NCBI GenBank assembly: GCA_032718475.1
Contig: JAUCBJ010004074.1
Location: forward strand, 3,984 to 67,983
DNA from: Nemertoderma westbladi
Taxonomy: Eukaryota; Animalia; Xenacoelomorpha
DNA length: 64,000 nt
Direction of reading: 5' to 3'
Under the pieces are notes generated by a model. It had not been told where the DNA came from. It searched no databases and worked only from the letters and a program-made list of their open reading frames with translations. Of this stretch, positions 25,029 to 38,302 are shown one piece after another. The translations under genes were made by a program, and so were the position numbers. Each line of letters opens with the position of its first letter. The stretch's first letter is position 1.

Positions 25029-28000
25029 TTAAGTTGGGGAGTCCCTAGATGTCGGTTGGATTAGGGAAGTGGTCGTGGGAAGAGTTTCTTGCCTTCCATA
25101 GTTTCCGGAGAGCTCTCTGTCTCTTTCCAGTAAACATAAACGACCCACTGGGCGATTGAGCTGTTGAGTCTCAAAGACTATCCCTGGTTTCTTAAAGTTA
25201 CGTCGCATGACGACGAGTTCTACTGATCGCACCAAACCATCGCTCGAGATATGAGTCTCGATGATACGTCCTGTTTGCCATCGCTTACGTGGGAGATCGG
25301 GGTCCACAATAAGCACCATGTCTCCAGCGCTGACGTTTTCTTGCTGCGCAAACCACTTAGTTCGAAGTTGTAGAGTGGGCAGGTAATGTTTCTCGAAATG
25401 GTCAGCGAAACGACGGGATAGCAACTGCATAAGTTGCCAGGTTCGACGGCAGTACTCGTCTCCGTCTGAGATCTCCGATCGTGGGAGCATGGCTACGGGT
25501 TTCTTCAGTAGAAAGTGCGCGGGTGTTAGCGCTTCCAGGGAATCAGGACTTGAAGAGACTGGCATGAGCGGTCTTTCGTTGAGATAAGCGGCGATTTCCT
25601 CCATTAACGTCCGCAATAGTTCGTCGGTGAGATAAGCGCGACAAGGCACAATAAAGTGGAACGCAGTCTTCACGCTTCTAATCAATCTCTCCCAACTTCC
25701 TCCCCACCAAGGGGCGTCGGCGGCGTTGAAGGTCCAGCTAGACGCTGTTATCTTTAGTTGATCGTCCACCTGTCTTTTGTTCCAGTCCTTTACGTAAGCT
25801 TGAATTTCGTTGTTGGCGCCAATGAAGTTCGTTCCCTTATCTGATCTCATCGTGTTACTGGTTCCGAAACGAGCAATCTGTCGTCGTAAACTCAACACGA
25901 AGCTGTTGGTGGATAGATCGTTTACCATATCGAGATGGATAGCTCTACAAGTCATACAAACGAAGATGACACACCATCTCTTAACTATAGTCCGGGCACG
26001 ATATACTTCAATAGGGCCAAATAAATCCACACCGGTATTAGTAAAGGGTGGTTCATAAAAGCTTACTCTTTCCCTAGGTAATTCTGCCTCTCGCTGTGTC
26101 AAAGGCCTACTGAATGCCTTCCTACAGGGTATGCAGTTCCTAAGGACTTGGTTCAGAGCCCTACGGGGTTTATAAAAATAGTAGCGAGTTCGAATTTCGC
26201 TGAGAACTCGTTCTCTTCCAGCATGATACAGTTTGCTATGAACATCTACAATCATCTTGATTTGTATGTCAAGATTTCTAATGAGTATGGGAAACTTAGT
26301 GTCAAAGGATAATGGGGCGTTGGTAAGCCTGCCTCCAACACGTATTAACCCATCTATCATGGTACTAGAGAAGCGATCCCTTAAGCGCATCTGCGGATTT
26401 CTTAACAACAGGAAATACTTATCGGAATCCTCATAGCATTGTAGGAGTCTCAGCATCTGTTTGTTGGTTTCATCATGCTCCTGGTAACTGATCTTCTCCT
26501 TTAGAAACCTGTCGGATATCTTGTATTTAGGAAGATCTTTAACAACATGGACTCGTGCAGATGTTGATGGAGCATCATCACTATTGGTCTTTGTCCCGGA
26601 GTAACGATGATGAAAACATCGTTTTAAATAGGTGACGGCTTTACAGAGCCGATTCCAGGAACTGTAGTGACGTATCGCTCTCTGCAAGAGGGGTGAGAGT
26701 CCTTGCGCGATATCTGGTATTCCAGATTTCCAATCCTTGTCACGGATTTCCAAGACTTCTTTAGTCGTGGCGGTGGGTTTCTGATCCAAAGCATCCTCTC
26801 CGGAAGTAAATAATACAGATAGATCAACCGCAGGTTTAAACAACTTCGATTTACTCGCTCGAGTTTTGGGTTTAACTTTCTCCGCTCCCTTGGCCTGTCT
26901 GATCTCTGCTGTTGTGAGATGGGGAGGCCATTCTTCTTCTTCTTTGTAGAGAAAGTCGGGTCCACCTAACCATTCGGGAGTATTTACCAATTCCTTTGGA
27001 GTAGCTCCTCGGGAAGCGATGTCTGCTGGATTAATCGTTCCGGGGCAATGTCTCCATTGGTCCATCGTCGTGCGACTAAGTATGATGGCTACTCTGTTGG
27101 TAACGAAGACGCTGAACTGACAGACTTCATTGGTTATATACTCTAACACGAGTAAAGCGTCGGTCCAATAGACAGTTTTCTCTAATGGATAGTCAATCTG
27201 TTCGGTTACATTCCGGCCGATGGCTGTAGCGTATAGAGCCGCTTTTAACTCCGCTCGAGGAACTTTCAACTTGTTGTTGATTAATGCCTTAGAAGTAACC
27301 AGGGCGACTTTGATTCCATCCGGAGTTTCCACTCTTAGATAGGCTACTATACCTATTCCCATATCGCTGGCGTCTCCAAACACATGGAGTTGATAGGAAT
27401 ACGTAGGGAGAACATGACCAAAATATGAACGGGAAATTATAAAATCCTCGATAGCCGGCAGAGAATCTTCCCATTTCATCCACTTCTTCAATAATTCTCC
27501 CTTAAGTGGATCGTCCCATGAGTGGTTTTCAAGCCACATTTGTTGTACCAAACTACGAGCAATCAATATAACTGGGCTAATAAATCCCAATGGATCGAAA
27601 TAAGTGCTCAGTATACTTAAGCAAATCCGTTTGGTTCGAACTGGATTATCTCGCTGTTTTAGCTGGAAAAACAGGATATCTCGCTCTGTGTCCCATTTCA
27701 AGCCGAGTGTCTTGGTTTCTGGCAGATCATCTTTGATCAAATCTAGATCTTTCGCCCCTCGATCTTCCGCAGGGATCGACTCCAGAAACTCACGGGAGTT
27801 GCTGGTGAATTTCGTTAATCGAAACCCACCTCTTTTTAAGCACTCTACCGTTCCTTTAGCGACCTCAATGGCTTCCTCAACTGATGGAAGGGACTTCAGA
27901 TTGTCGTCCATGTATATGTCTCTCTTGATGTTGTCGATCACTTCCTTAGAGAAGGCCTCTCGGTTGTCCTCTGCAGTGGTACGCACTACCGAACAGGCGT

Positions 28001-31000
28001 TGGAAGGGCTTGAGATTATCCCAAAGGCCTGGATGGTCATCCAGTACTCCACCGGTTTCTGGTTGAGGTCTCCTTCGGGCCACCACAGAAATCGTAGACT
28101 ATCTCGATCCCTATCTAACACCTTGACTTGTAAGAACATGCCTTCTATATCGGAGGCGAAAGCAATCGAATATTGTCTCAATCTTAAAAGAATTCCCAAC
28201 AAAGATTGAAGCAAGTTGGGTCCGGGTAACAATTCAGAGTTAAGGGATTGACCCATGTAAAGAGCGGAGCCATCAAACACTACTCTCACTTCATGTGGTT
28301 TACCGGGTTTAGGAACGTAATGGTGAGTTAAGTAATACGTTCTTTCAGTCACAGGTGTTTCTTCCGGTACTCTCTCCGCGCATCCCTTACTAATAAATTT
28401 CTCCAGCTGTGTTTGATACATTGCTTTAGCTGAAGAATTAGCCGTAAGGCGTCGATGGAGTTGCGCGATTCTTTTTTCCGCCAAGGGTCTGTTATTGATG
28501 AATTTCGGTTCTCTCTTGCGGAAAGGTAGACCGACTTCATACCTACCTTGATCTTTGAGGAAACGTGTAGTTGTCTCTTGGATCTGCTTGGCCCTTTCCT
28601 CTTCCACTGACAAGGCTTTATCGTAGGAATTGGGCTCTACCGCCTCTTGCGTAAAGAATCGTACGGCATGTTCATCTCGAGTCTTGGCATTACAACGCTC
28701 AATGACGTCATTTAACTCTTCGTTATAAGCTTCTCGTTCAGTTGGATAAAGAAGTTGACATAAGTTCACTTGGTTTTGCCAAGCCTCGATTTCCTTAAGG
28801 AGGTCGATGGTATTCTCCTCATCAAAAAGCTGGTGCACGTCGTCGTTATCTGAGGAGTATGGGGTTCCCTCAGTTAAATCGTCTCCCTCACTAGTATCAT
28901 CTTCCCATTCACTCACCTGGTAGACGCGATCTTGCGGTAGTCTTTCTCTGAGTGTTCTACGGGAAGGGCCAGTAAAGTACCAACCTACTCTAGTTCTTAC
29001 CGCATAGGTCTGTAGTGGCTGCGGTTGAGCAGGCCGTTTCTCCAATGTCTCCAGCGCCTCATGCGCGTTTTGGCCGAGGAGTATTTGCACTCCAGGATAA
29101 TCAGTCTGGAATCGAGGTATCTTAAGATGTTGGATGCTCTCATCCTCGTCCCAATTATAAAGGTCTACTTGAGTAGTAGCGAAGTTCTTTATAGCCACCA
29201 ATTTCACTGACCTTATGCTATGTTCTCCTAGTTCGTCTTGTGGGGTGGACAACGCGCCTACATAATAATCAGCTGTTACTGTAGATTTCCAAACTTGCAT
29301 AATGCCTGACATATTTAGCTTGGTTCGGATCTTAGGTTGTCCAGCGAAGATGTCTTCGGCTAGTTCTTTATCAATGAATGTTCCTGTGCTGCCGGAGTCC
29401 AGGAGGGCGTTCACTATATAGCTTTTCTGAGGTCCATGGACCCGTAACTGGACTACAGGAAATTCTCGGATTCCTACATTGGAAGTTGGTGCTTTCCACG
29501 ATGGTTGTCGCTCAGAAGTAGTTAGAGTGAAGTCGCTGTCTGTATCTTTTTCATATGTGAGTGCTCGATACACTGCGGTATTTATCATGTAACAGGATTC
29601 GTTTTCGTCGGAGAACTCGTCCGTATAGAATCCTTCCATCTCAGATTGATCAGTGTCGTTCACATCACTGAATTGGACATGTAGTTCGGAATCACTTACC
29701 TGATTAGGACTATTTCGATCGAATTCAGCGTGCAACAAGATATGATGTTTCGCACCACACTTTGCACACCTTATGTCTGAGTAACAGGTTCGCCGTTGAT
29801 GTCCTTGTCTGAGGCAATTATAACACAACCGCTTGTCCCACATGACTTCACGTCTCTCAGTTAATGATTTCTTTAGAAATTCATCACACATATTCAAACG
29901 ATGGGTCCCATCACATAGCGCACATTTTGGTTTGATGTTACTCACCTTAATCTGAGTCACATTGTGCACACTTGCCTTTTCTTTGGGCTTTCTCACCTGA
30001 ATTCTCTTGGGAGACGTAGGAGGAGTTTTTCTTACCTGTTCTCTCCTGTCATTTGCTCGAGACTTGAATTTACTTACCTGATCTTTAGGCATTTTATTGA
30101 CATAATAAGATCTATCAGTGTCTTTCCCGCTATCTTCTCCTTGAGAAGTCTGGCTTTCGCCGTCGTCTGTATAACACACTGGTGTTACCTTTCTTCTGGA
30201 GACGGGTTTTTCACTTACCTTGTTTTCCGGTGTCTTCTCTCTGGACAGTTTCAGGAGCTGTAATTTCACTTCTCCATCTAGGAATGACATGAGATCAGCC
30301 ATGGTAGGGTCTCGTCGTTGTTGTTCCATCATATATAACACTTTCTTATCCCAGCGTGTACCTACTCCACCCTTCGGTAAAGTAGAAGCCACTGCTCTAA
30401 TAACCATAGTGTTCTGATACTCATGAGACTTACCTAGCCAATCTAATTGTCTGCAGATCTCCTGGATCTCATCGGAAAACTCGATAATCCCGCTGCTAAT
30501 AAACTTTCGGGGCGCTACTAACTTTGCATACAAATACCCAGCGATGTTATTCCTATTACCATACCTGATGTTTAATGTATCCCAAACTTGTCTTAATCCG
30601 TCTGGATGTCCAATAAACTTTAACGCCATTAACTTGGGAGATCCTTCCAAGCACTCGATGAGGTATCTAAGTTTCTCTCCATTAGATAGTACAGAGTTCT
30701 GTATGTTATCTTTGTAATATTCATTAAAAGGTAACCATTTCATCTCATCCCCATTGAACTTGATGATCTCTCCCACCTTCACCGCTTGCCGGGCTTCGGT
30801 TCTAGCCATTTGACACGTAAAACTTTCTTGGGCCATCGTGTTATTTAATATCGAGTTATCGGTATATAAATTTCTCGGATTATGATCAGGTCTATAGGGA
30901 ATGTCATTATCAACAGGTCTATAATTACCCTTAATAGGGTTCACTATAGGAGTTTCTACTTCGCTAGCAGTATATATGCGTGTAGGCTCCACACCTTGCG

Positions 31001-33182
31001 CATGAGATACTTCAGACCTAACAGGTTGACACATTGTTACCGAGGGTGGTGGTATACCCTTTTGAGTATTTACTAATTTATCGCATTCTAGCGCGATACT
31101 TTGCTGCACTTCTTGCAACTCTAGTCTACTTTCCCTTACTGTGCCCTTGAATTGCTGAACAGTCTCCTGCATCTGCCCGAGCAGGAGATCCATCCCCCGC
31201 TGTCTCTCGTCCACCCATTCGACCGCCGAAGCGGGAGTCGCCAACGTTGTAGCGGGCGGACGAGGGACCACGGGCGACAAATCAGGAATATTTCGCTCGG
31301 GATCCAGGACCTGAACTGTCTCCTGGGCAGTTCTACTGGGCACAGGTAGCTTAGTGCTATGTAGAGGGAATTTAGAGTTAGCTTAAGGGAGCACAGGTGT
31401 GTCTATCACCGAAGGGGTGATTTCAAAAACAGGCCTAATTATTTCAGGCTCATCTACTATAGTAGGGAGTCTTTCTATTTTAATTATTTGGTCTGTAGGT
31501 TCTGTACTACCTAAGTTGGTGTTATTTAGTTGCCTTCTAACAGCTGGAGGCAAATCAGGCAATTTCTGACGGTGGAATGTTCTTTTACGTCTACTTAGAC
31601 GAGATCTATTTCCCTTGCCTTCAGTATCGGTGGTATCGCCTTCCTCAGATGATGTATATCCCTGTCTTTTGGGAGTAGATCGATTCATCATCTGCATATT
31701 ACTAGCTGTTAACTGTTTATTTATGCAGTCTTGATTCTCCTGAATGTTTTCCAATTCTAATTGGGTGGTTTCTTCAGTCGCTCTCCGTTCGGCTTCTGCC
31801 ACTGCCTCTGCGGCCTTTCTTTCAGCCTCGGCCGCCTTTGCTTCTGCCGCTGCCGCTGCCGCTTTTGCCTCTGCCGCTGCCTCTGCCGCCTTTGCCTCTG
31901 CCGCTGCCGCTTTTGCCTCTGCCGCTGCCGCTGCCGCTTTTGCCTCTGCTGCTGCCTCTGCCGCTGCCGCTTTTCTTTCTGCTTCTGCAGCTACCACTGC
32001 TGCTTTCTTTCTGTCTTCTATACGTTTTTTCTTTACTTGTTCCTCCTGGACTCGTGTGATGCGGAGTTGTTCATCAAATTTAGCCTGGTTCGCAGCCCTC
32101 ATTTCCACATCGATGGCATCCAACACAAGCTTGGTTCCTTCACTATTAGGGCTAAGTCCCTCTAACCTTCTCCTCAACTCGTCATCACCTAAAAAACGTT
32201 GATAGTCTGACAGATAGATGTCAATGGCATCCCTCTTATGCGGCTTCTCTGCCGTCGCTTCACTTTCCACTTGGGAAAAAGTAGCGTCTGTTGATTCTCC
32301 ATGGGTTGAGCGCTCCTCTAGCTGAGCTTTCCACTGAGCTGTTCCTTGAACCTGGAGACTCACCCTTTGAAACCAAGTCTTTACGGCAACTTGCAACGAC
32401 GTGTCTTGTCTTCGTTTAGAAGCTTCTTCAAAGGCCGATAAAATTAGCCTGATTCGCAGAATTCTTTCTCTAACTTGATAAAGCAGTTGTCCCTGCTCTT
32501 GAGGTCCTTGTGGTTGTTGAAACAGTTGTCCTTTTACTCGCTCCATAGAGCTGAAGAATCCCTGTGCGTATCCGGCTGCGGACCTCTTCCACACAGCTGG
32601 ATCTATAGTTTCCTTGGCTACTCCCATCCGGTGTATGTCTTCCCAGGCAGCTTCTGATAAATCAAACGGGAGTCCGGGTCCGGGGAAGTTCCATTGCGAC
32701 TCGACAATAGACTTCAGTTCTTCACTCGTGTATCCCGCATAATTATCTTTAGTTGATCGTTGACTTCTCGCCCAATCGATCTGGTGTTCTTCCACTGCAA
32801 TCAATAACCTAGTGAGTACGGCTGCAGGAAGGATGAGAAGGGGATCCGAATAAACCGCTTCCGTCATCTTTGCTCCGCGCTCGGGTGTCAGCTCTACAGT
32901 ATCCTCACTACTGGAGCTGTTGGGCCGTTGAGAAATAAGTTCTTGGCTAGCGGGTTGTTGCTGTTCTGCTGCTTCTTGGTCCCGCTTGACCTGAGCTCGA
33001 GTGCCTATGATAGACCTACGATGTTGGACCAGCCTAGGTTCTGTTATTACTACTGGAGGGATGACCTTCCTCACAGTGGGAGGTGAACTGAACTTAGGTG
33101 TAGACGGTTCTACACCTTTATCTGAGTCGCAGATAGTTACATCCAATAAACTGTCTGACAGGTTCTGCTTAGTATCAGACAT
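25029..33182 (-). CDS. Gag-Pol polyprotein of A1 (~2,717 codons) with one in-frame TAA at 31383-31385
   Basis: ORFs 33182-31383 and 31343-25029 share a frame, and A2 has GAA at the stop. Motifs: Pao Gag (KFNGDEMKW..KLRYLIECLEG), knuckles CALC/CYNC/CAKC, PR LLDSGS, RT YMDD, RH HVFGDAS..RAEL..WTD, IN H..H/CIPC, DLFGP, SDKGTNF, WERLI. Confidence 0.93.
31785..32005 (-). repeat. Ala-rich (A)EAKAA coding repeat in the Gag N-terminal extension
   Basis: gccgctgccgcttttgcctct-type repeats; shorter version in A2 at 46200-46295. Confidence 0.9.
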
Positions 33183-34541
33183 GTTTGTTTACACAGTTGA
33201 ATGTCTACCGCTATATTACAGTCTAAGCAAGTCTAGTAATTCAGTGTTAACTGCTAGCCTAGTAATTAATTACCGATACTGCTACTCAGTGTAGCGTGAT
33301 ATATATATAATATATTAGAATACCGGTATGCTTATAGTATATATAACTATATAAGTACTATTACAGACTAGGTTTATCACAGAATACCGGTATAATTTTA
33401 GCACAAATATATATAAATATATAATAGGCCTATCGGGAATACCGGTATACAGCTTACAGTTTGTAGTATATATAATTCTGGACTAGAATTAATTACAAGT
33501 ACCGGTATAATTTCAGCCTAAGTTTATAGAAATAAAGATAATAGGCCTATTGTAAATACCGGTATATCAATTATTTTAAATAACTGAATTTCTGAATTTC
33601 AAGGGTTACTTGGTTACTTTAACTTACTTTATTACCGTTATTTAAGCAGTAGTCCAACTGATATTGAGACCTAATTGTTGTATGGCAGGCCTACTATTTA
33701 TAAATCGTTAGATTTGATTTATAATATATATATACCCGTTTTAATGGGTTTTGTCAATTGTTTGAAATAAATGTTATTATTTCTGGGGAGTAATCACTAC
33801 ACAAAGCGGTGCGCTTTCAGTGAAGTGTTACTTATAGGACACTAAAACAAATAATACTAATTTACCTAAGTTACTTAATACTACAAATTACGTACAATTC
33901 GGGTGAGATTACAATCTCTAAATAAACACAAAAATTTACAAAAAACACAAAATCCGAATTTACAGGGTAATTTTACAAGAAGTCTACAAACCAGCCTAAC
34001 AAAGGGTTAGAAATCTGGTTATTACAACGGACAGGGTACTGCGGTATTTGAAAATAATACGTAGTAGTAAATACACTGCGTTGTCCAGATAGGAAAATAC
34101 CACCGCCTGACGACCTATAGCCGTATCGCTATAGGTACTACGTTATGTATCACGGAGTGTTCCTACCTAGAAGTTAATAGAGCTAATCGAACGTGCCTAT
34201 CAACCACTTTACAACACAAATATAATGCCTACACTAATTACTTTCGGAAAGCACTGTACACTAAACCCTAAATTAGGTACGAGTACTTGTACAACAGATA
34301 ATCAGTAGTTAAATATACTTGAACAGCTAAAAGAACCACGGCATCTGCTGGAGTGACCGATGCACAAAATCACCAGTCTTTACCTACGCCAAGCAGCCCG
34401 TGTAGTACCGGGGTTAATTTAACTATAGCGGTATGTATAACAAACACAATTACTGTAGGAACAAACTTGGGGAATGAATGTTGCGAATAATCGCATAAAC
34501 TCTGAATAATAAATATTACGCTATGCGTAAAAACCACTCAA

Positions 34542-35080
34542 ACAAAATGCAGACCAAATACTGACAGACTACCATCAAGCCTAAACAAACTACGGTATAT
34601 GCAGACTCCGAAATGATTAGGTAGTATGCGTTCTAACCCAGTAGTACGACTTATTCTTTAGTTGGGGGTTTACCTTACAGCAATGGCTGCCCCTACTTCC
34701 TAACCGTTCTTTATCGGACAGATGCTTTACACACACCGAAATCCGTTCAGACCTAATAGCAGCCAGACAACTATCCAGCCTACAAATTATCTAAATAAAT
34801 ATTATACGCTACCCGTACAGACTACACAAACAAAGTACAGACTAAACGATGGCAGACCACTCTCAAGCCTAAATAAACTACAGGACATGCAGACTCCGAA
34901 ATGATTAGGTAGTATGCGTTCTAACCCAGTAGTACGACTTATTCTTTAGTTGGGGGTTTACCTTACAGCATTGGCTGCCCCTACTTCCTAACCGTTCTTT
35001 ATCGGACAGGTGATCTACACACACTGCAATCCGTTCAGACTTAACAGCAATCAGACAGCAGCCCAGCCTACAAATTGTCT
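34542..35080. repeat. ~288-bp tandem duplication in the A1 leader
   Basis: Near-identical core gcagactccgaaatgattagg...tttatcggacag at 34601 and 34889. Confidence 0.9.
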
Positions 35081-35433
35081 GTACAATATGATCAGGCTTA
35101 CACGCCTTCTGTTCAATACTGGCCTACAAATAAATAAAACTGACAGAAATAAGTAAGCTCCAAAAGAAACAAGGGGTGTAGAGTCCCTAATCTCTTAAAC
35201 AGCCTACCGGTATACAATAATCAAATCGAATAATACTAATGTACTTATACAGGAAGTACCGGTTAGGACAGTTAGGCCTACGGACCTACAGAAGTACCGG
35301 TTCTGGCAGTTGGACCTACGGACCTACGGCAGTACCGGTTCTGGCAGTTGGGCCTACTGACCTACAGATGTACCGTTCAGGTTTACCGGTTGACCGGTAC
35401 TTTCAACTGTATTGCTTACTGCAATAAAGAAGC

Positions 35434-35445
35434 TATATCCGTTAT
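35434..35445 (-). promoter_or_regulatory. Non-canonical PBS position of A1 (ATAACGGATATA), complementary to its own LTR
   Basis: Directly follows the 5' LTR terminal CA and has no TGG. It is the exact reverse complement of the element-strand 12-mer at 36174-36163. Confidence 0.6.
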
Positions 35446-36611
35446 TGTTTGCGCTTTCAGACCTTTGGCAGTTTAACCCGCCAAATTATGATGTCTTCTA
35501 GATAATAAATCACTTTTAGCCTATGACAAGTATTTAATTCACTACACTAGTCGAAACCAATCTGTGCGCGATCATTCACCCGCTGGATATACCCGGGAGA
35601 TTGGGTTCGACGGCTTAATCTTATTGCTATGTAAGCTTAATGTATTATTCGACTGACAGTATTATATAATCTATGACAATATTATTCACCTTCGGGGAAT
35701 ATTAACAGTTCCTTTAGGACGTGGCGCTCTATCTATATAAACAGAGTTATGACTTAAACTACTCACAACGATATGGCTTAGTTATAATTCACATATATGG
35801 CGCATTCTTTAGGAAATGCTTCGTTATCAGTCTCACTCATACACAATGCTGCACAATACTGCACACTGATCTGCCGATCTTCACTGATTTTAGTTATATA
35901 TAAAAGGAACACGGACCGACTCATGTAGGGTCTATCAAATAACATTAGATTCACTTCAAACCACTTTAACATAAGTCACAATCGTTATATGTAACCTTTC
36001 TCTCTTACCTTCGGTATATCAAGAATATTGGGTTTCGGGGTTATTTATCGTTATTCCAAATATAATAATTCATCAACCATATTATGAAGAACTGACAGTA
36101 AATAGCAGTATAACAATAGAAAGACCAAACATCAGTTTGATAAATCAGTTTGGTTTGTTTTGATAACGGATATATGTCCTTATAATTAAGCCTACTAGTG
36201 TTAGACTAAAACAGAAAAGCACAAAATATTTCCAAGCCGTTCTCTCCTGGCTCAGGACAGAAAGACCAACAACACTAAAAACTGATAAGAATAACCTTAT
36301 TTACAAAATCTTCCACCCACCACAGAGAATGAGCATACAGATAGGAAAATTCAGTTCAGTAGATCTGTGATAGGTCGAAATCAAAACCAACTCAAATCCT
36401 ATTGGCAGATACAGAAAGCAGGGCTGTGGGGCAACCTTCCCAAGCTGGTTGGACGATCAAACGTAGCCCAGATCCCTTCGCACAGCAAATCAGCCAATCA
36501 GCCGGTAGCTTGCACTATTCGAGTTATAGATCCCTTTTTAGAGTATTCCAGCGCCTGGGGGGAACTGGTTAGCAAGGCAAACGAATCAGTTATCCCACAA
36601 AAGCTTTTACA
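35446..36611 (-). repeat. 5' LTR of A1 (1166 bp)
   Basis: TGTAAAAGC...GCGCAAACA on the - strand; direct repeat of 13645-14810. Confidence 0.97.
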
Positions 36612-38302
36612 CGCAGGATAAATAATCTCAGATGTTTGGAAGTAAGACGCAAACTACGAAGATACGCAGTCTTTGAAGTCTTACATCAGTACGAACAACA
36701 CCAGACAGACCGGGTAACGATCAAACCATACTGGGATAAGGACATCCGACAAGTGGGAGCCTAGACATAGCCCGGTCTCAGTCTTATTACAAGGCGGGGA
36801 TGAATTCCCCAGGATGTAAAATTTAATGTAAAACTAACAAAGAAGAAATCCCGAACAAACGATTTTCTTTGCAATAAATGGCTCTCAGAACTCCAGACTT
36901 ACAGTATAACTGTATATAGGCTGTATATGCAGTACATGAAAGCTTGGTTAACATATCATTGCTTTCGCCGTGAGGACCAGCCTGCGCACAATCTTGAGGT
37001 TTAGCAGCCTCATAGAGAAAATAAGCATGGTGGACGGCCCACTTTCGGAAGACGTCTCCTAAATGACACTGGCCTTGAAGATTCGGATAATCTCGCGAAA
37101 TGTCATTGCAAGCCGGCATAGCATTCTTAAATAATGTACGTATTCTTAATATATTTTGCGATACGTTTTGTATTTTCATTTTCTATTTATGATAATTGGC
37201 AATTTTGTAAAAAATAATTCAAAATTAAAAAAAAATGAAAAACCCATGTTTCTTCAAATTTTTCATTAAAAAATGGGGAAATATTATGAAATCAAGAAAT
37301 CTAGTCAAAATTTATTGAAGCTTGTGAAATTACCTTTCATATAAATAAAAAATTGCAAAAAACGGTTAACGGGTTTTATCTCCCCTACGGTGTTATCTTA
37401 TTTTGTACATGTCTCCAATGTGGTTGAAAAATGCATAGAGAAACGATACCATAGGAAAGGGGATCATCAAAGTACATAAAAATTTGAAAAAATAATATTT
37501 TTTGGAGCCCCCTAGCGGCCTTTGTATGATTTAAAAAATTTCACTAAAAAGACTACTTCTCCGTTATTTTCCATTTTTATTTTTCGATACCACATTTTAG
37601 GAATTTTGGGGCGGGGGGCGCCGGCGGGGGGCGCCGGCGGGGGGCTTGGAGGCTACCCCTCTAGGTGCAATAAAAAACAAATTTCTGTAATTATTAACGA
37701 GGCGGGATATTTTCGCACTTGATCAGATCATTAATAAATATACATCTCTCTCCAGGGGAAACTCGACGCAACAGTTAATTGCTCTCAAAAATAAAACCTC
37801 TAACCTGTTCTAATGAGTTTCATTTATTGTTATAGTTAGAATATAGTGCCACTAATAACCTGCTCCTCTCCCTAAATAGAGAATTTAACTTAATTAATTT
37901 AAATATATTAATTCACCGATTGGATTTGTGTACAGTTGTTGTCCTCCATCTCTAATAATCGGTATTGATCGAGTGTCTGCCAATGTTTGTCTCAACTCAG
38001 TCTGTCAGTAGGACTCATCTCAAAACTATCCACAGTTGTTAGACCTACAGTGTTAGACCTACAGGTATTACTGTATTAGGCTACCTGCAAGGACTACTAT
38101 TATAGTAGTCCTTGGCTACCTGCCATACCTGCCTACCGCAGTACAGCAGTACCGGTACTGAAGAAATACTGAAATATACTGCAGTACAGACTGTACTACA
38201 CCACACCACAACTACTGAACTACCGCAGTACCGTTCTGCCGTTACCGGTACCAAACAACCAGACTTCATTCATTCACATTCTGACATTGCAGCATTGCAG
38301 CA

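Larger units (their letters stand above)
13645..36611 (-). mobile_element. Giant Bel/Pao LTR retrotransposon, family A, copy A1 (contains nested element B)
   Basis: Two 1166-bp LTRs. 5-bp TSD CGCAG at 13640-13644 and 36612-36616, with the empty site in the duplicated unit at ~63165. Pao-type Gag-PR-RT-RH-IN on the - strand. Confidence 0.97.

Noticed and set aside
27604-28209. Antisense ORFs over gag-pol (also 31744-32202, 49658-50032)
   Set aside because: Shadow ORFs of the coding strand.
31343-31385. Separate ORF1 or programmed readthrough in A1
   Set aside because: A2 has GAA at the homologous codon and reads through, so this is most simply a nonsense mutation.
36620-37180. Coding-like stretch / 118-aa ORF
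   Set aside because: No motif recognised, and the unit-2 paralogue has indels that break it.
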